Notes under the pieces: model-generated
Told to the model about the DNA's origin: nothing
The model's input: the letters and a program-made list of their open reading frames with translations, nothing else
Database searches by the model: none
Shown here: positions 47,726 through 55,345 of the stretch, one piece after another
Numbering within the stretch: the first letter of the stretch is position 1
Layout of the letters: every line of letters begins with the position of its first letter
Assembly: GCA_039200205.1 (NCBI GenBank)
Contig: JBCCSK010000001.1
Location: 1 to 55,345, forward strand
Source of the DNA: Planctomycetota bacterium
GTDB lineage: Bacteria > Planctomycetota > UBA1135 > GCA-002686595
Length of the DNA stretch: 55,345 nucleotides
Direction: 5' to 3'
Position numbers and translations under genes: made by a program

Positions 47726-49315
47726 TCAGTGCCGGAAGTGCCGGGCTCCCGAGAAGAGCATCGGCACATCCTTCGCGTTCGCGGCGGCGACGACCTCGTC
47801 GTCGCGAACCGACCCCCCCGGCTGGACGATCGCGACGACGCCCGCGTCGATCGCCGCCTCGACTCCGTCGGGGAACGGGAAGAACGCGTCGCTGGCCAGC
47901 ACCGATCCTGACGCTCGATCGCCGGCCTTGTGGGCGGCGATACGCACGGAGTCGACCCGGCTCATCTGACCCGCTCCGACGCCGACGACCGTGCCGTCGC
48001 GGGTCAGGACGATCGCATTCGACTTCACGTACTTCGCGATCTTGTTCGCGAACACGAGCTCGTGGAGCTGGCCTGGAGTGGGTTGCGCGGTGCTGGCGAC
48101 CTCGAGCTCGTACTCGCCTTCGAGGTCGCGGTCCTGGACGAGGAACCCGCCGATCAGCTTCTTGACCTCGAACTGGCTGTCGACCCGCGTCGTGGGACCG
48201 TACGGACCGCAGGCGAGGAGTCGGACGCTCTTCCCCCACCGGGGCTTGCGCGTCAGGAGCTCGAACGCGTCCTCGTCGAAGTCGGGGGCGATGATCGCTT
48301 CGACGAATCGGTTGCCCTCGACGAGGAAGTTCGCGCTCGCGAGATCGACGGGACGCGTGAAGGCGAGGACCGAGCCGAAGGCGCTGATCGAGTCTCCTGA
48401 CCAGGCGCGCTCGAGGGCATCCGCGATCGTCTCGCCCGTCGCCGCGCCGCACGGGTTGGTGTGCTTGATGACGGCGACGAACGGCTCGGCGAACTCGGCC
48501 GCGAGCTGATGGGCCGCATCGAGATCGACGAGGTTGTTGTAGGAAAGGGCCTTCCCGTTGAGCACCTCGGCATGCGCTGCACAGGGCTCGGGCCTGGGCA
48601 TGGCGCGGTAGAAGGCCGCACTCTGGTGGGGATTCTCGCCGTACCGGAGCTCTGCTTGCTTGGTTCCCGAGAGGACGAACTGGGCCGGGAATGCCTCGTC
48701 CGACTCCTCTTCCTCCTCGCGGTCCGTGCGGAACATCCACGAGGCGATCGCTGCGTCGTACGCAGCGGTGCGTGCAAAGGCGCGCTGCGCGAGCTCGCGC
48801 CGGAACGACTCCGACAGGGCGCCGTCGTTGGTCTGAAGCTCGTCGAGGACGCGTCCGTACAGGTCAGGCTCCGTCACGACGCCGACGAAGCGGTGGTTCT
48901 TCGCGGCCGAGCGGACCATCGAGGGCCCGCCGATGTCGATCTGCTCGACGCATTCGTCGCGCGTCGCGCCTTCACCCGCGATCGTGGCCTCGAAGGGGTA
49001 GAGGTTCACGACGACGAGATCGATCGGAGCGATCTCGTGCTCGTCCATCGCGGCGGCGTGGTCGACGTTGTCACGGACGGCGAGCAGGCCGCCGTGGATC
49101 ATTGGGTGGAGCGTCTTCACCCGGCCGTCCATCACCTCGGGGAAGCCGGTGTGGGAACTCACCTCGACGACCGGGATCCCGGCCTTCTCGAGGACGCGGA
49201 ACGTGCCGCCGGTCGAGAGGATCTCGACGCCGTATTCGTGCAGCTGACGTGCGAAGTTCTCGAGACCCGTCTTGTCGGAGACGGAGAGGAGGGCGCGGTG
49301 AATCGGTCGTGCCAT
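47726..49315 (-). CDS. purH: Bifunctional AICAR transformylase / IMP cyclohydrolase
   Basis: RALLSVSDKTGL, STGGT, GRVKTLHP, IDIGGPSMVRSAAKN, LRYGENPHQ, KHTNPCG, KSNAI, SDAFFPF and RHFRH. Confidence 0.98.
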   Translation of the reverse strand: MARPIHRALLSVSDKTGLENFARQLHEYGVEILSTGGTFRVLEKAGIPVVEVSSHTGFPEVMDGRVKTLHPMIHGGLLAVRDNVDHAAAMDEHEIAPIDLVVVNLYPFEATIAGEGATRDECVEQIDIGGPSMVRSAAKNHRFVGVVTEPDLYGRVLDELQTNDGALSESFRRELAQRAFARTAAYDAAIASWMFRTDREEEEESDEAFPAQFVLSGTKQAELRYGENPHQSAAFYRAMPRPEPCAAHAEVLNGKALSYNNLVDLDAAHQLAAEFAEPFVAVIKHTNPCGAATGETIADALERAWSGDSISAFGSVLAFTRPVDLASANFLVEGNRFVEAIIAPDFDEDAFELLTRKPRWGKSVRLLACGPYGPTTRVDSQFEVKKLIGGFLVQDRDLEGEYELEVASTAQPTPGQLHELVFANKIAKYVKSNAIVLTRDGTVVGVGAGQMSRVDSVRIAAHKAGDRASGSVLASDAFFPFPDGVEAAIDAGVVAIVQPGGSVRDDEVVAAANAKDVPMLFSGARHFRH

Positions 49316-49440
49316 GGGACTCCGGCCCACCCGGGCCAGGAGGATGTTCCAGGGAGTGCTCGAGCTGGACTTCGAGCGGGAAGGGGGAAGGGCCCATCGT
49401 AGCCCCGATGTCCCGAATTCGCGCTAGATGCTATGGGCCG

Positions 49441-50115
49441 TCACCGTCGCCGTGCGCGCGCGTGCCCCTCGGGCGTCAGGCCGTAGCGACCGGGAGCGCG
49501 TTCGGCGACGAGCCCCGCTTGCTCGAGCTGAACGATCGCGCGGCGGACGGCTCGCTGGCCCATGCGCGCCGAGTGCGCGATCGCGGCGAGGTCCGGGGGA
49601 GACGCCTCCCTACGGACGCGCGCTGCGATCTCGCGCAGGACGCGCCGCTCCTTGGGATCGAGCGACCGCCGCGGCGCCGCGCGCTCCCAGGCGCGCGCGA
49701 CGGCCCTCGGAGCCCTGCGCGTCGAATCCCCGTCCCGCACGAAGGCAGCGGCCGCCCCGTCCCTTCCGGGCGCGAGGACCGGGCGCGCGTTGGACGCGGC
49801 GACCTCGGCGACGACGAGCTGACCGCGATCGAACGCATGCGCTCGCACATCGACCTGCACGCGCGGCGTGACCATCTCGCGGGCGATCCGACGCAGCTCG
49901 CCGATCGTCTCCGCCGGATCGGCCACGCCTATCGCGACACCGTCGTCGCGCACGCCGACCCAGATCCGTCCGCCGGTTCCGTTCGCGAACGCCGACATCG
50001 TCCGGGCGATGCGTTCCGCCCGCGGCAGGCGCACCTTCCACTCGATCTCCGGTCCCTCGACTCCGAAGGGACGCTCCGCGGCGCCGTCTGGCGCTGGACT
50101 GTCAGGGGAGGTCAC
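49441..50115 (-). CDS. Schlafen/AlbA_2 domain protein with C-terminal winged HTH
   Basis: EGPEIEWK, SAFANGTGGRIWVGVRDDG..IGV and FVRDGDST; C-terminal 'LAAIAHSARMGQRAVRRAIVQLEQAGLV'. Confidence 0.85.
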   Translation of the reverse strand: MTSPDSPAPDGAAERPFGVEGPEIEWKVRLPRAERIARTMSAFANGTGGRIWVGVRDDGVAIGVADPAETIGELRRIAREMVTPRVQVDVRAHAFDRGQLVVAEVAASNARPVLAPGRDGAAAAFVRDGDSTRRAPRAVARAWERAAPRRSLDPKERRVLREIAARVRREASPPDLAAIAHSARMGQRAVRRAIVQLEQAGLVAERAPGRYGLTPEGHARARRR

Positions 50116-50129
50116 GCGAAGACTCTAGC

Positions 50130-50164
50130 CACCAGACTCGATCGCCAGTGCGTCGAGTCTGGTG
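50130..50164. promoter_or_regulatory. Perfect 12-bp inverted repeat between the divergent AlbA_2 and HNH genes
   Basis: caccagactcga-N11-tcgagtctggtg, 15 nt upstream of the AlbA_2 start. Confidence 0.5.
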
Positions 50165-50414
50165 ACGAGGTCCGGCTCGACGCCCCAAAGCGAGTCAGCT
50201 GCCCCGTCTGGAGCATCAGCGTTCTGTGAAGGGAGCCTGGCGCGCATCGAGACCGTCGCGAAAGTGTGGATACGCTCACCTCGTTGCCTATGTTGTTGCG
50301 ACGTATGGCACGCGTTCGACCGACCCCGAGGAGCTCGCCTTCGAGGCCAGCGCCGACTCGCGCGAGCGGGGTGCAGCAGCCATTCGGCGCACGCTGGAGG
50401 GCCCCAAGGACGCG

Positions 50415-51008
50415 ATGACGTCGTCGGTGCTCTCGCGGGACGCGCTCGTCCTCAACCGTTCCTGGCTCGTGATCGCGACGACACCCGTTCGGCACGCCCT
50501 GACGCTCGTCTACACGGGAGCGGCACAGGCGATCCAGCCGGAGACGTTCGAGACCCACGGCTTCGAGTCGTGGGCCGAGCTCGCGGTGCCGAGCGACGAG
50601 GACGTCGTGACGACCGTGAACATGGAGCTCCGCGTGCCGGAGATCATCGTGCTGCGTCGCTTCAGCGGCGTGCCGCGCCAGACGCTCCCCTTCACGCGTC
50701 GCAACCTCGTCCGTCGAGATCAGGCGCAGTGTCAGTACTGCGGGTGCAAGCCGGGATCGTCCGAGCTCTCGATCGACCACGTGATCCCGCGCTCGGCGGG
50801 CGGTGGAACGTCGTGGGAGAACTGCGTCCTCGCGTGCGTGCGATGCAATCGACGCAAGGGCAACAAGCTCGCGCACGAGGTCGGCATGCGGCTGATGCGA
50901 GAGCCGACCGCGCCGCAGTGGTCGCCGATCTTCGAGGTCGCGAGCACGCACAAGCGTGAGGCGTGGAAGCGGTTCGTGGCCGAGCGCCACTGGATGGCTG
51001 CCTCGTGA
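50415..51008 (+). CDS. HNH endonuclease (LVLN-type, McrA/HNH_5-like)
   Basis: ALVLNRSW, RVPEII, FTRRNL..RD..CQYCG, SIDHVIPRS.GG.TSWENCVLAC.RCN..KGN. Confidence 0.92.
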   Translation: MTSSVLSRDALVLNRSWLVIATTPVRHALTLVYTGAAQAIQPETFETHGFESWAELAVPSDEDVVTTVNMELRVPEIIVLRRFSGVPRQTLPFTRRNLVRRDQAQCQYCGCKPGSSELSIDHVIPRSAGGGTSWENCVLACVRCNRRKGNKLAHEVGMRLMREPTAPQWSPIFEVASTHKREAWKRFVAERHWMAAS

Positions 51009-51361
51009 ACCGGCGCGCGCGTCCAGTCCGCTGGACGCTCCTGCCCGCCCTTGGCCTCGCTGCGATCGGGGCGTGGGCGGGGCACCGTTTCCTCGGCGCC
51101 AACGCCGCGCTCGCCTGGTGGCTCGCGGTCAACGCGGTGACGTATCCGGTGTGGGCGCTCGACAAGAGCCGAGCCCGCAAGGGCGGCCGGCGCGTTCCCG
51201 AGTGGACGCTGCACCTGCTGTCGCTCTTCGGAGGTGGTTGCGCGGCCGTCGTCGCGATGCAGAGCCTGCGACACAAGACGCTGAAGCCGGTGTTCCGCAT
51301 CCTGCACCCGCTGCTGGCCGTGCTCGGCGTCGGCGCGCTCGGGTGGGCCCTCTGGGGCTGA
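51005..51361 (+). CDS. DUF1294 family membrane protein
   Basis: NAVT...WALDKSRA..GGRRVPEWTLHLLSLFGG...RHKT.K..F; GTGA overlap with the HNH stop. Confidence 0.9.
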   Translation: MNRRARPVRWTLLPALGLAAIGAWAGHRFLGANAALAWWLAVNAVTYPVWALDKSRARKGGRRVPEWTLHLLSLFGGGCAAVVAMQSLRHKTLKPVFRILHPLLAVLGVGALGWALWG

Positions 51362-51438
51362 TCGTCCGTCGACGGGATTCGGGTGAGACCTCGGCGTGGG
51401 CCGCGCAAGCTGCAGCATCGGCGGCCCACTCTGTGACA

Positions 51439-51473
51439 GCCTTGGCAGCAGTCTCCGATTCTGCTGCCCAGGC
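51439..51473. terminator. Hairpin between convergent DUF1294 and yyaL genes
   Basis: gccttggcagcag-N9-ctgctgcccaggc, with an 8-bp perfect core; no clear U-tract. Confidence 0.4.
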
Positions 51474-51560
51474 CGTGAGCTCACCTTGCTGGCGCACCCG
51501 CAGACGCGGGTGCGCGGGACGCCCGGGGAGAACTCGCCAAGCGACGGTCCCGGCGTTCGA

Positions 51561-53744
51561 TCAGTCCGAGTCCGCGCCCTCCTCGAGGAGACTCTCCAGT
51601 GCCTCGATCGAGGTCACGGGCGCGCGGCACGTGAAGTTCGAGCACACGTACGCGGTCGCGAGATCGTCGACCGCCCTCTGATCGGCCGCGTACGGGATCG
51701 CCGCGACGACGGCGTCGGCGGCTTGCTCGTCGAGTGGACGGAGCACGACGACATCGTTCGGCGCGAAGCGCTCGCCGAGCAGCCGAAGCATCGCCCGCGC
51801 GTCTGGCCCGCCGGGGTCGCCGACGATCACGATCTCGCGCGTCCGTCTCGTCTGGAAGTCGACCGCAGCGAGCAGCTGGGTCGACATGCTCGGCGCGCGC
51901 CCCACCTCTCCCCCGAACGCGCGAATCGTGCGCGCGGCGTGCTCCTCGTAGCGCGTCTCGCCTGTGAACCGCGCGAGGCGCTGCAGGACGCAGGCCATGA
52001 TCGAGTTCCCCGACGGTCGCGCGCCGTCGTAGACCTCCTTGGCGCGCACGATCAGCTGCTCGCCGTCATCCGGGCTGAGGTAGAAACCGCCGCTCTCGTC
52101 GTCGAGGAAGTGCTCCAGCGCGAGGTCGCAGAGCTCGCGCGCGCGAACGAGGTGCCGCACATCGTGGTTCGCTTCGTAGAGCGAGAGGAGGCCGTACGCG
52201 AGGTACGCGTGGTCCTCCAGCATCCCCTGGAGCCCGGCCTCGCCCGCGCGCCAGCGCTTGAGAACGCGCCCGTCGTCCGCGCGCAGGTTCGCCTCCGCGA
52301 AGGCGGCGGCACGCTCCGCGCGCTGGACGAGTTCGTCGTCGCCGAACGCTCGCCCCGCCCGTGCGAACGCGGCGATCATCAGCCCGTTCCAGTCGGTCAG
52401 GACCTTGTCGTCCTTCAGGGGGTGGATTCGCCCCTCGCGGGACTCGAAGAGTCGCACGCGCAGCGGATCCCAGCGCGTGCGCTGCTCGTGGGTGAGCGGT
52501 GCGCTCAGGTGCAGGATGTTGCGGCCCGTCCGCTGACGAGTCGCCTCGTCGCGGTAGTTGCCCTCGGCCGTGACGCCGAACGTCTCGGCGACGAACGCGG
52601 CGTCGTCGTCCCCGAGAACGCCGACGATCTCTTCGAGCGTCCAGAGGTAGAACAAGCCCTCCTCGCCCTCGCTGTCCGCGTCCTCCGCCGAGTAGAACCC
52701 GCCCTCGGGCGAGGTCATGTCGCGCTCGACGTAGGCGAGGATCTCGCGCGCGGCGCGCTCGAAGTCCGGCTCGCGCGTCACGAGCCAGGCGTCGACGTAC
52801 GCCATCGCACACAGCGCCTGGTCGTACAGCATCTTCTCGAAGTGCGGCAGCAGCCACTCGGAGTCGGTCGAGTAGCGGTGCATCCCGAGCCCGACGTGAT
52901 CGAACACGCCGCCGAGCCGCCAGGCGCGCAGCGTCCTGGTCGCCATCCGCAGCGCCTTGTCCGAGCCCGTTCTCGCGTGCTGCCGCAGCAGGAAGCGCAC
53001 CTCGTGCGGCACGGGGAACTTGCGCGAGCTGCCGAACCCGCCGTGAACGGGGTCGAAGCGCGAGGAGAGCTCGGCCTCGGCCCGATCGAGGTGCGTCGCG
53101 CCGAGCGCCGCACCCGGCGCGCCGCTCTCACGCTTCGCAAGCTCGGCCGTGATCGCATCGGCGGATCCGACGACGCGTTCGCGATCGGTCGACCACGCCT
53201 CCGAGAGCGCGGGCACGAGCTCCATCATCCCGAAGCGCTGCCCGACCGATCGCTTCGGGTAGTACGTGCCGGCGAAGAACGGCTTCTTGTCCGGCGTCAT
53301 CACGACCGTCATCGGCCAGCCGCCGCTGCCCGTGAGGGCCTGGGTCACCGACATGTAGAGCTGGTCGATATCCGGGCGCTCCTCGCGATCGACCTTGATG
53401 CAGACGAACGCGCCGTTCATGAGCTTCGCGACCTCGTCGTCCTCGAAGCTCTCGTGCTCCATGACGTGGCACCAGTGGCACGTCGAGTAGCCGATCGAAA
53501 GGAAGACGGGGACGTCGCGCTCCTTCGCCAGCGCGAACGCCTCGGGCCCCCACTCGTGCCAGTCGACGGGATTCCGCGCGTGCTGGAGCAGGTACGGGCT
53601 CTTCGAGAAGACGAGCCGGTTGAACTCGTCCCCGCCGTCCGCGGGGAGCTTCGCGACCTCCGCGGCACTCGGAAGCGGCGCGCGCACGTGCCGTTCGTGT
53701 TCCTGGGACATCGAGAGAACGGCGAGGACGAGCGCTGAGATCAC
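51561..53744 (-). CDS. yyaL: YyaL/SSP411-type thioredoxin-domain plus six-hairpin protein
   Basis: [62 protein letters not shown] and [11 protein letters not shown]; short hydrophobic N-terminus; GTGA overlap with the upstream gene. Confidence 0.92.
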   Translation of the reverse strand: MISALVLAVLSMSQEHERHVRAPLPSAAEVAKLPADGGDEFNRLVFSKSPYLLQHARNPVDWHEWGPEAFALAKERDVPVFLSIGYSTCHWCHVMEHESFEDDEVAKLMNGAFVCIKVDREERPDIDQLYMSVTQALTGSGGWPMTVVMTPDKKPFFAGTYYPKRSVGQRFGMMELVPALSEAWSTDRERVVGSADAITAELAKRESGAPGAALGATHLDRAEAELSSRFDPVHGGFGSSRKFPVPHEVRFLLRQHARTGSDKALRMATRTLRAWRLGGVFDHVGLGMHRYSTDSEWLLPHFEKMLYDQALCAMAYVDAWLVTREPDFERAAREILAYVERDMTSPEGGFYSAEDADSEGEEGLFYLWTLEEIVGVLGDDDAAFVAETFGVTAEGNYRDEATRQRTGRNILHLSAPLTHEQRTRWDPLRVRLFESREGRIHPLKDDKVLTDWNGLMIAAFARAGRAFGDDELVQRAERAAAFAEANLRADDGRVLKRWRAGEAGLQGMLEDHAYLAYGLLSLYEANHDVRHLVRARELCDLALEHFLDDESGGFYLSPDDGEQLIVRAKEVYDGARPSGNSIMACVLQRLARFTGETRYEEHAARTIRAFGGEVGRAPSMSTQLLAAVDFQTRRTREIVIVGDPGGPDARAMLRLLGERFAPNDVVVLRPLDEQAADAVVAAIPYAADQRAVDDLATAYVCSNFTCRAPVTSIEALESLLEEGADSD

Positions 53745-54133
53745 GCCTGCGTGAGCTCGCCCAGCTTCTTGATCAGGTACGGCGGCGTGACGACTCCGGA
53801 GTAGCCGTCGAGGAAGTTCCCCTCCGCGTCCGCGAAGAGCACGAAGGGCAGCATCATCGCGTCCTCCAGCTGCATCGCGAGCTGCATGACCTCGTCCTCC
53901 GGCTCATCGCAGTCGGACGCGAGGGCCACGAAGTTCTCCTGAAGCAGGGGCGCGATGTCGGGGCGCGGAACGACAGCCTCCACGAGGCTGCGGCACTGGC
54001 TTCACAACTCGCGACCGAACTCGATGAAGATCTTCTTGCCCTCTGCAGCCGCGGCCGCCTTGGCGTCTGCGATCGAGGTGTGCCATTGGAGAGTGCCGCG
54101 GTCGTCGAAGTGCGGATGGCTGGAGCTGGACAT
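53741..54133 (-). CDS. Thioredoxin-like probable selenoprotein (U44-x-x-C47), 130 aa
   Basis: Manual translation from ATG 54133: [57 protein letters not shown]...NFVAL...[11 protein letters not shown]...; the UGA (54004-54002) sits at the first position of the redox motif and the frame continues into the track's 80-aa ORF. Confidence 0.85.
53973..53991 (-). promoter_or_regulatory. Putative bacterial SECIS element
   Basis: mRNA gcagccuc-GUG-gaggcugu, an 8-bp stem beginning at nt 11 after the UGA, with the apical loop starting with G at nt 19. Confidence 0.75.
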
Positions 54134-54193
54134 GGCCGGAGCGTAGGACGCACGCGCGCGACCGCTACCCCGCGGCACCCAGATCTGGAGGGA

Positions 54194-55345
54194 TCACTCC
54201 CTCTCCAGCCGAACGACCCGCGGCCCCGGTTCGACGGAGAGGCGAACCTGCTTCAGCCCCGGCGCACCGAGGACGAACTCCGACGCGAGCGCCGGCGGCG
54301 CCACGATCGGGAGCGCCCGACCGTCGTACCTGACGCGAGTCGGATTCGTGTACCACGCGTTGGTTCCACCCGGGGCGGCGAACGAAACGTCGAGCGCGGG
54401 AGGGTAGCCGCCCCCCGGCCCTCGACGCGCAGCGCCATGACTTCGTGCCCGTCGAAGGGGTCCCAGGAGAGGAGCCGCGGATCGCGGCAAGCGCGTCCCG
54501 GCTCGACGACCAGTTCCGCGAGCGACGCAAGCTCGAGCCAGCTCGCGGCCCCTCCGAGGGCAGATGCAGTGATCTCGTAGACACCCGGTTCGAGCCCCTC
54601 CCAGACCACTGCGCCGTCGACGGGCGACGTGCCGAACCGCGTGCTGGACCGGCGGTCCTTCTTCAACGAGAGGATCACGTCGAAGCCGTCGACCAGGTCG
54701 CGCGAGGAGGAGGCGCGGGCGCGGAGAGCAGAGCCTGGAACCGCCGGGGCCACCTGGACCGCGATGGACCCGCCCCGCTGCACGACGATGCGACGTCGCT
54801 CGCCCGGCCGGAGCGTGACCTCGTCGAGAACGGCGTAGGAGCTCCCCGGAACGAGTTCGAATCGGAACGAGGCGGTCACCTCGTCGCCCAGCTGGGGATC
54901 GAACGCGACGCTCATCTCGCCGTCCCGCCCGGACATCACGCTGGGGCCGTCGATCCACTCCTTGGACGGGAAAGAGGGGAAGCCGTCGGGGAGGCCCTCG
55001 ATCGGGGGGGGCGGCCTCGCTCGGCCTGGCGAATCGAATCGACGCGGAGATCCCGAAGACGGGTTGCTCGTCGACGTCGACCAGGACGACGGTGAAGTGG
55101 TCGTTGCGATCGTCGTGCGCCGGGGGATCGAGCGCGCTCACGCTCGTCGCAGAACCGGCCTCGCTCGCTGCAGGAACTTCGGTCGTCCGGTCGACCTCAG
55201 GTGTACGACGGACACGGTTCGTCGGCGTGACGAGGTCGGCTTCGGATGCGACGTCGTCCAGTCGATCCATTGACTCGACGGGCGTCACGTCCGTTGCGGC
55301 CGGTCGCTCGGTGCGCCGTACCGCCAGCGCCGCGACGACCACGAC
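54194..55345 (-). pseudogene. Membrane-anchored protein with carboxypeptidase-regulatory-like beta domains, interrupted by two compensating homopolymer frameshifts (5' end off the window)
   Basis: The protein-like frame switches at the G8 run 55004-55011 and returns at the C6 run 54411-54416; 'WEGLEPGVYEITAS' is typical of these domains. May be assembly error rather than a true pseudogene. Confidence 0.6.

Noticed and set aside
49316-49440. ZMP/ZTP (pfl) riboswitch upstream of purH
   Set aside because: No GACUGGCG...GUGG...CCAC...GCCUGGGC pattern in this short gap.
50415-51008. HNH gene as an IscB/Cas9-like nuclease or homing element
   Set aside because: Too short, no RuvC motifs, no intron, terminal repeats or target duplication seen.
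53854-54153. Track ORFs 53854-54153, 53904-54086 and 53955-54146
   Set aside because: Out-of-frame shadows of the UGA-containing thioredoxin-like gene.

Overview
This is a very GC-rich (about 70%) chromosomal window with about 45 credible CDS. It is most likely from a planctomycete, inferred from two DUF1800/DUF1501 pairs, an ECF sigma paired with a Ser/Thr kinase, a planctomycete-type cytochrome c, a sulfatase and an FG-GAP protein. Housekeeping genes include folC, a UbiD-family decarboxylase, phoBR, kynA, speB, ribBA, purH, a DEAD-box helicase and a POT transporter, mixed with many secreted and lipoprotein genes. No rRNA, tRNA, CRISPR array, transposase or integrase was recognised. Main observations: (1) a thioredoxin-like gene (54133-53741, minus) that the ORF track truncates, with an in-frame UGA in a U-x-x-C motif followed by a bacterial SECIS-like hairpin, i.e. 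a probable selenoprotein, translationally coupled to a YyaL/SSP411 gene; (2) three unrelated secreted proteins (sulfatase, FG-GAP protein, PQQ-type sugar dehydrogenase) share a C-terminal domain of about 120-140 aa with two Cys and TW[YN]FQ[AL]W[YI]R, a candidate undescribed sorting/anchoring tag; (3) a ribBA-ECF sigma-anti-sigma-Spy-like-GspL/PilM-GspM/PilO co-oriented gene run; (4) a gene at the right edge broken by two compensating homopolymer frameshifts; (5) several enzyme-fold proteins with degenerate active sites and several structured intergenic regions. All family calls come from motif recognition by eye; no database search was run.
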